Part shown: piece by piece, positions 1 to 12,485 of the stretch
Numbering within the stretch: the first letter of the stretch is position 1
How the letters are laid out: each line of letters begins with the position of its first letter
Source of the DNA: the human T2T-CHM13v2.0 reference genome, Homo sapiens
Length of the DNA: 64,000 nt
Strand: one strand, 5' to 3'
Assembly: GCF_009914755.1 (NCBI RefSeq)
Contig: NC_060933.1
Position numbers and translations under genes: made by a program
Notes under the pieces: generated by a model
What the model was told of the DNA's origin: nothing
Databases searched by the model: none
Seen by the model: only the letters and a program-made list of their open reading frames with translations

Positions 1-583
1 CAAGTTTTGTGGCCCAGGCATCCACAAAGTTCCACCTGAGGTCACTCTGCTCTTGCTGGTCCTCCCTATCTCATTGGATTGCACAGTTATCCTCTAACTC
101 TGTTTCCCATTCTTGGCTATATACTGTTAACTATGTCCTGAAAAGTAAATCTAGTTGAAAAAATGCATCTCAACTTTTTCTTTGTATAGTGGTGGTTAAA
201 AAACTATAAAATTGGAGAAAAAATGACAATACCTATAGTAGAGGAATATGAATCATCACAAAGTTGTATTAACGATTCTAATCAAAGCCATCCATTTTAA
301 TAAATATATTGTAATTATGTTCATCTGGTCTTGTTCCTCCAAAAAGCTCAAAGCATTTTACAAGTATTGAATTTCTATCTATATATTGAAAAAGAAACCT
401 CAAGGATAAATCGTTGGAGAATGAAAAATTACATACTTTTTAAAGACACCTTGTTATTTGGACTATTTCATTTTTATGCCCTCTCTGGAAGGTACAATAT
501 GGAGGATCTTTTTTTCCATCATCTTAATGTCAGTATTCATCTGGAAGTGAGGAAACCATTTTTGGATAACTCCCTCTTTGAAG

Positions 584-584
<1 letters not shown>

Positions 585-630
<46 letters not shown>
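585..630 (+). repeat. (TG)23 microsatellite
   Basis: Uninterrupted TG dinucleotide run read directly. Confidence 0.97.
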
Positions 631-1387
<757 letters not shown>

Positions 1388-2739
1388 TGAGATAAAGACT
1401 TGATACAATTTTAAAAACAGTCATTAACGCAAAGGAAAAATGGTAGATTAAAACATACAATGTAAAGGAATAAAGTTCTAACTCTACTATTTGCCATGTC
1501 TAGCCTCACAACCTTAGAAAAGTCCTAGAAGCAAGAGTAGTTTTATAGACATAGTTGTATGTAACTTTTTGTGAACTCTGGGCTATAAAACACATCAATC
1601 ATGGGGCAGTTAATCAAACTGCAGGATTCAATAAGGCACTCATGAAATGCTTTTCAACTCTGGCTCTTGTATGAGGTAATTTAGTTTTTGAAAATTATCT
1701 TTTCACATAAACTAGACAAAACAATATCACTTTCTTACAGTGAGATAGACTTATGATTGTGATACAGAAAGATATTCCACATTGGCAAATAGAACTTCTG
1801 ACTCTAATGGCTAAAAGACCTAATGAATAGTTATAGATTGTTTCTAAAAAACACAGGAAAAATTATAAATTCCTTTCATCTTCTTTTTTTTAAAAATTTC
1901 ATTAGCCATTTGCTTGAACCAATTGATGAAAAGCCTACAGTTTGACCCACGTTTCCCGCTGACTTAATTAAACCAACTAATTATTTGAATGTCCAGAAAT
2001 CAGGCAAACCCTAATACGTATAGATTTTTTAAAGGTAAAGCCTGCTTAGAAATCCTATGTAATGAAGAAATCCGTCCCCTTACCTGTACACCTGCTCCAT
2101 GTAAATTATATAAAGAATAAAGTCAGGGATTAACTAATAGATCTATGAGTTATGAGTGTGTAATAGATGAATTAAAGTGTTGGTTTTCAATGTAGATGAT
2201 AGCCTGAGAATGTTGATAACGCTTTGTGTTAAAAGGGCTAGTAAATTAAATATTATTGTGATAGAAAAGTATTAGAGAATTCAATTCAGTCTTCTATCAA
2301 TTTTAATTAACATAGGGCTCTTTTTCCCTGCCACCTATTTAATTTCTTAAAACTTATCCTCACACTTTAATATATCATAAGGCATAAACTGCTATTGGCC
2401 TTCCTCACTTCTCGTTACACATGTTTTTTAATTTTAAGTTACTTCATTAAACATATTTTCTAGAATGTGATCTCTAACTTAATGGTAAAATGAGGTCAAA
2501 CCTCCTTGCTCATTTTTATGTAGGCTCAAACAAACTGTCAATTAAAGTAAATGCTTCCCAAACTACATTCCATAAACACCTAGGGTATTAATGAGCCTAT
2601 AACCTCTGTTGTTTTCCTTTCCCTTGACACTATAATTAAGAAGGATTCTACCACATTAAGAGTTATAGCTCCCATATTTAAAGAGACTATCTTAGGCTTT
2701 ACAGATTTTTCTTTAATCTTTAAAATATACCTATCTGGC

Positions 2740-3245
2740 TCTTTAAAGCAACAACAACTTAAATGTTAGATGTCTTTAAATAAACAAGCAAATAATAAGA
2801 GAAATAGTTGGTTCACATAAATGAAAAGTCCAGAGGAAGGTATGATTTCAGACAAGCTCAGGCTTTCAAGTATAATTCCTATGTTTCCCTCCCTTCTATA
2901 CATTTGCCTGTGTGGCTTCCCTTAACACACTGGTTCTACTCAGCTTAACAAACATCATTCTGGCCTTCCTAGACTTTATGTCTAGGCAACTCATCTTTAT
3001 CCACAGAATCTGAGAAACTAGCAAACATCTCTCTACAACTTCCAATAAAAGGAAGAGAAACATCTTTCCCGATGCCACAGACATTATCTCTTCAGGTCTC
3101 GTTGGCTCAGATACAATCGTGTGCCTTCTAGAGGTCATCTTATTCAAATAGCGTATCTTAGTATAGAGGAAAGGCTCTCAAAGAAAATCTGATAGCATCA
3201 GAAGGAGGAAATGGATGCTGGGTAAGCAAACAATAAATGCCTTCC
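2740..3245 (-). mobile_element. Old MLT1K/L-like LTR remnant
   Basis: Degenerate motifs cacataaatgaaaagtccagagg and terminal aatggatgctgggtaagcaaacaataaatg; boundaries approximate. Confidence 0.45.
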
Positions 3246-4699
3246 AGAAGTAGGTATCATCATCTCCAGTTAGTGGATGAAAAAACAAGATGTAGAGAGA
3301 TTAAGCTATGCTTCTATCAAGATACTGTTACTAGTAGGTGAAAATATACTAAAATAATAGGTTGTCAGCACCAGAAAAGATCTTCAACCACAAAACCATG
3401 TTCTACCAAAGAAGTTTAGAAAGTTTAAACCTTACCTCGTCAGCTGGTATAATCTTAAATCAACTTCAGTATGCCTATTTTTATTTCAAAAAAGTCTACA
3501 TATAAGACAAACAATTTACTTACATATTTTTATACCCACTGTACAATTAATTATTGACTATCATACATTGCAAATAGTAGCCAAAATAAAGTATTTATTC
3601 CCCGGATTACACAAAAACAACACAACAATCATCATCAGACATCATGAGCAAGACACCAGCTTCTGGTTGTATTCAATATACATAAAATGTGCCACTAATT
3701 ATCAAGATTTCAATTCGATAATACAGTAGTGGAGTTCTACAAAGGTTCTCTACTGAAATGTAGATGGATACATGAAAATAATGCAAATATGCTAAGAAAA
3801 TATGTACTTTATACATTTCCCACCTTGCATCATCTGCTCCCTCCTTAAGTCATCCAGCTCCAAGAGATTCTATTAAAAGCTTCTACTGTAAGCACCATTT
3901 TTAATCTCTTCAAAACTTAAAAATACTAAATGCCACATTGCCTCTGGAAACCTCCTGAAATTCCAATGCACTGAGAAAGAAGTCTGTTAGAAGTGCAAAT
4001 GAGAAGTTTGCTTTGTGGAAAACATTCAAACTGTTTAAGAAACAGGAAAGTGAAAGTTTACTTTTGTTAAAGTATCAATTAATCACAACCCTTCTCCCCT
4101 TGGTGTTCTGAAGCAATTGAGAAGTTGACACAGAGCCACATAGGAAGAAAAATAGCTACCTAATTAATGGTAACCAGATTGCAGACTGCAGTTGAAAACC
4201 CCAGGACTTCCCGGGGTTGATGAGACTTCCTGTGTCCTATCTCCTTCCTTAACAATTGAAAACCTAGAACTATAGACTGGGGTCAACTAGACTTGCCCAA
4301 CCAGTTGAAGACAGAGAAGCTTGAAGTTTCCCACCCAGGAGAAGCAAGTGCTAACTCATTTGCTTAAAACATGGAAGAAACCACCAAGAGGAACCTCTCA
4401 TTTCTTTTATCAACACATATCAGGAAACACAAGTAAAAGAGAAAAGAATAAATGAGTAGTGACTTTCACCCGGAGCCCATGAATCAACAAGGGAGAAAAG
4501 CAAAACTTTTCCTTTAATATGTTTTCTTCCTGGGAAGTAGAGAAAAATATTCTTCCCTCTTTGAAAACTAAAACCCGTGTCCTCCAAAATTGGTACTTGT
4601 TGTATGCAGATCAGTAAGATTTTTTTTTTCTTTTTGAAAAAGGCTTCCTATGTAGCTCTTCTTTTCTGGAGTGTGATGGCTAAGAGACTAGCTGTAAAG

Positions 4700-5060
4700 T
4701 TAAACTTCTCAGGTCTCTGTTCTGTTTCAGGCACTGATCAGCTGTGTCACGTTGAGCAAGTAACTTATGTGATCCTTAGTTTTCTCATATGAAAAATGTG
4801 CATAATCATCATATCTACCTCAGAGGGTGGCTAAAGCTTTAAATGAGATCATCCATGTAAGGCAGGACATAGGACAGTACCTCTGCCTTCCTCATTTCAT
4901 CAAAGGAAAATTACACTGGACACTTTTTAGAAATGGCAAGAAAGGGCCTGGCGCAGTGGCTCACTCCTGTAATCCCAGCACTTTGGGAGGCTGAAGCAAG
5001 TGGATCATGAGAGCTTACAGAGTAAGCTCTACAGAACTATTACCTGTTTTTTATTACTAT
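4700..5060 (+). mobile_element. MIR, interrupted at about 4865-5020 by a templated insertion
   Basis: MIR core (gctgtgtcacgttgagcaagtaactt...ttttctcatatgaaaaatg...ctacctcagagggtgg...aaatgagatcatccatgtaaggca); the MIR-like 3' end agtaagctct...ttattactat resumes at 5021. Confidence 0.7.
4880..5011 (+). repeat. 132-bp dispersed copy of 6331-6462 (LTR junction plus Alu head)
   Basis: Ungapped manual alignment, about 16 mismatches in 132 bp (about 88%); includes non-Alu flank, TSD and the first ~65 bp of the Alu. Confidence 0.92.
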
Positions 5061-5078
5061 TTCTACTTCTATGGGCTC

Positions 5079-5506
5079 TGTCCAAGAAAATCAAGTCATG
5101 ACATTAGTCAGAAGATACTGTTATTCAAAGAGGTTATTGCAGGAGGGGGAAAGAGACTATTGCAATAGCAAGAAATGTATGATCCATGTCTGCAAGTATC
5201 TCCAAATCAAAGAGAAAAAAAATTATTTTGGAAGGTAAAAGAGGGGAGGAGAAATAGCAGAATATTTGAAGGGGAAGCTGAGCAAGCAAGAGGGAATGGC
5301 CAATGTGGTTTGACAAGAAAAAGGTCTCACTGTGTGGTTGGGTGATTCCCAGGAGAAGCTGATGAGAGGGCACATTCTACTTTTTTGTGCTTGGTTCAGG
5401 CTTGGAAGAAGTGTAGTTCAGGGGCCTGTAGGAAAGAGAAGCCTGTTGAAAGTTCAGTCAGGACAAAACATAGGGTAAGAAATGAGCAGCTGTGAACACT
5501 TGGTCA
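5079..5506 (-). mobile_element. MER67/MER31-group ERV1 solo LTR
   Basis: gactattgcaatag motif, caggggcctgtaggaaagagaagcctg, ends ttggtca (TGACCAA on the minus strand). Confidence 0.55.
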
Positions 5507-6395
5507 TCTCTAAGTCATCCAGTTCCAAGTTATTCTCTTCTATCTTCACATCCTCAGACCCTGTTGTTCTTCAGTTTGAGTATCTCCTTGTACTGCAGAG
5601 GCTTTGTGTTCAATTCTGGGAGTGTAGTGCTGGGTCCTAATTATACACTGCTTCCCTCCATGACTGTAGCAGGTGTGCTGAAAACATTCTCCACTGGGTT
5701 TTCCACTGGAGCAGAAGGAACACCACCTACATATGCTATGAAAGTCATTGTTTTACCACTCCAGTGAAACCATTTCTGTACTTGTTGGAAACTGGTGAAT
5801 TTCCCTAAAGTGTTTCTATTTCAATTTTTGCTTTGTGAGAAATAAAGGAAGTAAGCCTGTTCTACCCCAATTGAGCATTGCACCCAGGATCTTCTCAATT
5901 TTCTCCAAGTAGTTCCCTAGTATTACATCTTTACTTCTAATTTGGGATCCTCCTGCATATTTCATAGAAAGGGGAGAAAAAATAGCTTAGTGGAATACAC
6001 ATGTGCACAGCACAGCTCCCTCTTCTCCATATGCTAATGCTGGAATCTCTTACCTTAGCCAGAAACATCAGTGGTTTTATGAGAGACTGAATATACAAAT
6101 AGACAATGGCCAGACTATATATGACAGCATAACTCTGACCCAAAACCTTTGCAGCAACCAGTCCAGAAAGCCAAACCAACTTCTATAGCAACAGACCCAA
6201 AATTAAAGATTTGGTCAATGACTGTCTGCTTCCCTAAGTTTTGCCCCCACTCCCAATTCAGAATAAACCAGAGAAAGCCAAGTATGCTATCCAACCAATG
6301 ACATAGAACGCTTCATTTCTAGTTAGCCTGCCTCTGGCTTCCTCATTTCATCAAAGAAAAATTGCACTGGACACTTTTTAGAAATGGCAAGAAAG

Positions 6396-7064
<669 letters not shown>

Positions 7065-7627
7065 TCAAGACTATGCAATAGGGGTAAAAACAATTGCAAT
7101 TTAAAAAGGAAATTAAATTGAACTCTGTTGAAACAAAGGCAAGAATATTTTTTAACACTGGGACTAACAAATGGAAAAATATTGGAGGACTTTAGAGGAG
7201 AGGAAGATCAATATTATTAGGCTATCTGTATTTGCTAACAGTCCTTATCAAAGTTGAGCTCCTGCCCTCCCACAGAGATTGGGAGACAGGGGCTCTACCT
7301 TTCCTGATTACATTTCATACAGATGGGTCACAGGTCCTTGAGAAAGATTTTCCTGAGTTGTATAAATTTACATCTGAAAGGGGCAGAAAAAGAATTTACA
7401 ATTTCAATTTTTCTAAAGTAAACACTCTAAGAAAAGGGCGGTCAGGGGCTTATAGTTGGGAAAAGCTTCTAAAGTTTAATCAAGCTGAGGGAGACACTGG
7501 ACTAGATTGGTCAATGCCAACAACCTCCAATAAAAACATACCTGAAGCTCCTCCCTTTGCCTTTTCTATGATACAGCTTTCCTATTTCCCTGCCTACCTT
7601 TCTGTCTCTGCAAAACACAAGCATTAG

Positions 7628-7970
7628 TGTTGCAGGGCTTTTCCTTAGTTCAGCTGAAGATGAGGTCCTTGTCACATGACCACAAAAATTTAGGCTTGCA
7701 GACAATTTGAAGGGTTAGTAAGTCAGGGTTTTATTGGGTGAAAAGGGGAAAAAAAAGGGAAACAGGGACCCTCCATGAAGCCAGAGTCCCTGCCGATGCA
7801 CTTCCTGCATTGCAGTTTGAATCCCAGGTTCCACACAGGAAGAAGAGGGGCAAGGCTCCTCCCTGCTGCAAATGGCTTGAACTTCTATGGCTCCACCCTA
7901 GTGCGCATTTATCCCAGTGCACAGGCTGGTTGGAGTTTTTCTGGGGACCCCTTCCCACCTGGCTGTCTCA
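7628..7970 (-). mobile_element. MER61-like ERV1 solo LTR
   Basis: Minus strand reads TGAGACAGCCAGGTGGGAAGGGGTCCCC...AGCTGAACTAAGGAAAAGCCCTGCAACA, with intact TG...CA ends and AATAAA. Confidence 0.8.
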
Positions 7971-8126
7971 ATAGCGCCTGGCTCCCTTGCTTTAGCAAGC
8001 TCCGCATAAAGAGTTCCTGCTTATTTTCATTTGAGTTGTCTTCCTTCATTACCAAACTTGAAAATATAAAAATTTTCTGTAATGGAGATCTCGATCTTTA
8101 GACATTTTCAACCATTTTACATATAG

Positions 8127-8473
8127 TGTACCTTATTCTATGTTGTGCTGCTGAAACAGAATACCGAAGACCGGGTAATTTATACAAAACAGATTTATTT
8201 CCTATAGTTCTGGAGGTTGGGAAGTCCAAGATTGAGAAGCTGCACCTGGTGAGTAGCTTACTGCTGTTCCATCTCATGGCAGAAGAGAAAAGAGAGGGAA
8301 AGAGCAAGCAAGCGACCAAGCTCTTAGTATCAAGCCTTTATAAACAGCATTAATCCGTCCGTGAGCGCGGAGCCCTTGTGACCTAAACTTCTCGCATTAT
8401 GCCCTATCTTCCAGCATACCGGGGATTAACTTTGTAATGCATGCTTTTTGGAGAACACACTCAAACTACAGCA
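8127..8473 (-). mobile_element. MSTC/MSTD-like MaLR solo LTR
   Basis: ccgggtaatttatac, agttctggaggttgggaagtccaagattgag, catggcagaag, cattaatccgtccgtgag, ends caaactacagca. Confidence 0.75.
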
Positions 8474-8689
8474 TAGTGATTACTGTAATTAAAACAAAAA
8501 CAGAAGCAGGTCTAAGGAAAATGATATTTCTCCATGTTTCAAATTAATAAAGAAGGCATTCTACAGAATTATAAATTTAGGAATATTAGTTCTATATATT
8601 TTTATTGGATAACTTTTTACCCATGTCTGCATCTTTGCGCACAAAAAATATACATATCCTGCAAAACACTAGTAAATTATATCATACAT

Positions 8690-9795
8690 TATAAGTTTAT
8701 AAATGCAAAATGATAGGGAGAAGGGTAGAAAGAATCCAGAGTGTGGCATAGGTGGAGTGGGTTGTTTTAAATAAGTAGATCTCAGAGTGGATTTCACTAA
8801 GAAGGTGAAATCTGAGCGAAGTGTTAAAGAAAATTAATCATGTGGCTACCCGGGGTGTGAAAGAAACTAGAACCTTGAGACCTCAAACTCACTATGCCAA
8901 AGGGAAAGTTAAACTTGGGAACTGAGTTGTACAAACACTGCCTTCCTTTTGTCCCAAACAGACAGCTGTAATTTCACAACCCTATGTTGTGCCTTATATA
9001 TAAGCCTGGTTCCTCTAATCATTGGAATTCACATATCTCCCCAAACGGACTCCTTCACAAATGGCTTACAAGGAAATTTTTTGAGGGCCCCCAAATCTTT
9101 CAGAACATACATATTTTCCTATAAACTTGTCCTAAAACAGAATCCTGTTAAATCTCACCCTGAAAATGTCAATTACCAGCTTATCGTCATAGGTACCCGA
9201 CAAGGACAAGACTAGAAATCATCCTTCCACCACTCCAAGACAAATTCAAGATTGACTTTTCCCTCTACTCCCTCTTTTCACATGTAAAATGTAGATTCAC
9301 TGAGTGTTAATCAAAGCCTCACAAGAATGTAACCACTTGCCTCATTGTCCACCCTTCTTCCTTTCTTCCCCCTCTTTCCCCTCCTGCTTGCTCTTTTCCT
9401 TTTAAGTATTAGAGTTCTCAAAACAGTCTTTGCAAAAAGCACAGATGCACCTGTGATTTGTGTTTTTCCCAGTTGCATCCTCAACCTTGGCAAAGTAGAC
9501 CTAAATTGATTGAGATTTGCCTTAGTCACTTTTTGTTTTACAGGGGGAATATTATTCCAGTCTTTGAGTGTGCTTGATGTGTTTGGAAAATAACAAGGAG
9601 GCCAGCATGATTGAAAGGGTGATTTGAAATGGATTGGTGGGAGTGGAAGGATAACAGGGGATGAGGTCAGAGAGACAATGGAGAGAGGAGGTTTCAGATG
9701 GCATAGGGCCATAAGGTCTATAAAGACAATGGAATCACATTAGCTTTTACTCTGAAGGAAATGAAGAGCCATTGGAGGACTTTGAGCAAAATAAT
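8690..9795 (-). mobile_element. L2 fragment interrupted by a MER4 LTR
   Basis: L2 motifs ctaagaaggtgaaatctgagc, caaggaggccagcatg, gatgaggtcagagag, ttttactctgaagg...gagccattggaggactttgagca. Confidence 0.65.
8856..9542 (+). mobile_element. MER4-family ERV1 solo LTR
   Basis: TGTGAAAG...ctcactatgccaaagggaaagtt...ctaaattgattgagat...TTTTACA, with a 4-bp TSD gggg on both sides. Confidence 0.85.
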
Positions 9796-9902
9796 CATTC
9801 AAATAATTTCATGTGATAAGAGAAAAGAACCTTGCAGTAAAGTCAGCACACCTGGCCTCTCTCCAATGCTGATCTTTCACAAACTTGAAAGAAGTTCAAT
9901 TG

Positions 9903-9956
9903 CAATTTCAAGTTTTCTAAAGTAAACACTAAGAAAAGAGTGGTCAGGGCCTTATA
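9903..9956 (+). repeat. 54-bp copy of local MER31A segment 7399-7454
   Basis: caatttcaagttttctaaagtaaacact--aagaaaagagtggtcagggccttata vs caatttcaatttttctaaagtaaacactctaagaaaagggcggtcaggggcttata. Confidence 0.75.
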
Positions 9957-10002
9957 ACATTTAGGGGCTAAATGTTACAGGTAATGATAGAAAATATATA
10001 TA

Positions 10003-10271
10003 TTTTTTTCAGTTTCCAAATGGTTATTCTATCAGATTGTTTGAACATTAAATTTATCCTGTTTGCAATCCAAAATAGTTACCAGAAATTTGCTGTTTTG
10101 TGTGTATGCGTGTGTTTACTTTTATTGTTTTTCTAAACTCTTTGGCATGATTTTCGGGGGGTGTTCAGACTGCCACAATACTAGTTAGGAGAGGACATTT
10201 TCTTTGTGCTGCCAATTTTGATCATTTAAATTTTGGTTTGTTTGGGTTGTGACTTTTTTGTTTTTGAAGTC
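10003..10271 (-). pseudogene. Processed-pseudogene fragment: terminal mRNA 3'-UTR segment plus short poly(A), copy 1
   Basis: Minus strand starts gacttcaaaaac (identical to the last 12 nt of 14423-15079), contains AATAAA, ends ccatttggaaactg-A7. From memory it resembles the LARP1 3'-UTR end (unverified). Confidence 0.65.
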
Positions 10272-10291
10272 ACCAGACACTACTACTGCAG

Positions 10292-10771
10292 TTTTCTTTC
10301 TCTCTTTTTTTCCTCTCTCTTCTTTCTTTCTTTCTCTTTCTTTTTTCTTTCTTTCCTTCTTCCATCCTTCCTTTCCTTCTTCCATCCTTCCTTTCCCTCC
10401 TTCTTCCATCCTTCCTTTCCCTTTTTCCCTTCCTCCTTCTTTCCTTCCTCCCTCCCTCCTTCCTTCCTTCCCTCCCTCTCTCCTTCCTTCCCTCCCTCCC
10501 TCCTTCCTTCCTTCCTTCTTTCTTTCCCTCTCTCCCTCCTTCTCTCCTTTCCTCCCTCCCTCCTTCCTTCCTTTCTCCCTCCCTCCCTCTTCCCTCTCTC
10601 CCTCTCTTCTTCCTTCCTTCTTTCCTTTCTCCCTCCCTCTCTCCCTCTCTCCCTCTCTTCTTCCTTCCTTCTTTCCTTTCTCCCTCCCTCTCTCCCTCTC
10701 TCCCTCTCTTCTTCCTTCCTTCTTTCTTTCCTTCTTTCCTTTCTCCCTCCCTCTCTCCCTCTCTCCCTCCC
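10292..10771 (+). repeat. About 480-bp polypyrimidine/polypurine (CT-rich) tract with 51-bp higher-order units
   Basis: Almost exclusively C/T; identical 51-bp units at 10625-10675 and 10676-10726, plus variant and partial copies. Confidence 0.95.
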
Positions 10772-12467
10772 AGTAAGAATTATGTTAGGTAATCTTGTAT
10801 TATCCCTTATCACTCACAAAACCTCTGCTCTCTAGAAAATCTTATTGAATTGGAGAAGTTCCAGTTCCTCAAGTGGGTGGGAGATTGACCACTGTAGAAA
10901 CCTAATGTTATGGCAGTTGAAAAAATGATCCAAAAGCCCTCTCATCTCTGATACATTTCCCTAATCTTGATACATTTTTTAACAAGTGTTGTTTTTATTC
11001 TTTTAATTTTAAGCTTAATTCTGCTCAAAGTTTCTATGATTCAGAAAAGAGCTGCCAAGATACTGTTCCAAAGAAAATACGTTTTTGTAGCTTGTGTGGG
11101 AATACTTCCAAAAGGTAAAGTAGATTCCTCTGGAAAAGACAGTATCAAAATTCTCCAGATGCCTGGAGCTCTAAGCCCATTATTGCATTCCACGTGCTGC
11201 TAGTAGCATAACAAAGTCAATCAGTACCCTTTGGTCAATAATCCTCCCAACTATTAACAGGAAAAAACTGTGAGCTTGTAAATGAAATATCTTGAGCTAG
11301 ATAAGGTGCTCATTATCATGAGAGGAGCAATTTGCATGTTAGCATGGGGGAAATATGATAGGGTTTTAAAAACCCTCTTCACTCTCACAGTCAACTAGAT
11401 TGTAAAGGACGTAATCATTGCCTCTTTTCTGTAAATTGCATTTAATAATTTTGCATTTTCCCCACAACTTTCCACTAAAAGGCAGAGATAACGAATAAAG
11501 GATTTTAAAAAGTAAGCAAAGGTTTCTTTCAAGTTTAATTTTCATCAGTTTTCTATTATATACAATGCAGAGGTAGATGTTTCTTGCTTGCTGGGAGTGG
11601 TGGGGAAGCTCCTATTTAAACATAATGAAATCTCAGAGGTGGTAGATAAACTATAATTCCCAGAAAAATAAGAGACTACTGTAAAGGCTCAAGGCCAGCA
11701 AAAAAAGGTTGTGTTAAAGCCACTGAGTATAGAACAGATCTTTCATAACATGCCATCCCTCATCAAGGTAAAAAGTTGCTTATCAATTTAAAGAGATGGA
11801 GTGGAGAGACAGGGAGAGAGAGAAAGCAGCAATGGCTGCTGCTCCTATAATAAGGTGACTAATTGTATGCTATTATCTGTTTGATGGTTTAAGCAGAATA
11901 AAGTGACACTGATCTGGAAATGTGAGAATGAAGCAGAACAAGAGAGTGTTTGTAAGAGGAATAATTTCAGGCACCCATGAGGCTTCACGTAAAACTCATT
12001 TGCACATAGACAGGGCTCTCTTGTGGATGATGGATAAATGTAATTCCTAGTTACCAGTGTGTCTTTTTTTCTTTTCTCTTTATTTTTTTTTCACCGACAA
12101 GGCATTGAAGACAGAAGAATGGAATACGGACAAAAATGGCTTCAAAAATTAGAATAATTTCTAAACTAATTTAAATTTCTAAATGATTAGACAGTGACTG
12201 TGTGGACTGTTCCCTCAGGTCACTAACACAGATATTCTTAATAGTCGTTCCTGCAATATTCAATAGACGTCAACAATATTGTCCAATCAAGCTAAAAAAA
12301 AATGTGAAAATGGGCTGTGAGTTTTACTCAATACTTGAAAGCTTTCAATTAAGTTTTACATAAGAGAAAACATACATGAACTTTAATCTTTTAAGCAAAT
12401 TCTTACTGAAAAGGAGAAAGGGGGACAATTTTAAAACAAGAAAGATCAAAGCCAATTCAAGATGTAC

Positions 12468-12485
12468 GAGCGCCATCTGGTGTCC
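12468..12485 (-). promoter_or_regulatory. Candidate CTCF binding site
   Basis: Minus strand GGACACCAGATGGCGCTC matches the core CCASYAGRKGGCRSY except at position 1; non-repeat context with retained CpG. Confidence 0.5.

Noticed and set aside
7232-8101. ORFs of 108-131 aa
   Set aside because: They lie within LTR sequence and cross element boundaries; no recognisable protein family.
10185-10835. Overlapping 175-200 aa ORFs (S/F/L/P-rich and E/R/K/G-rich)
   Set aside because: Artefacts of the stop-free CT/GA tract; the 17-aa repeat simply mirrors the 51-bp unit.
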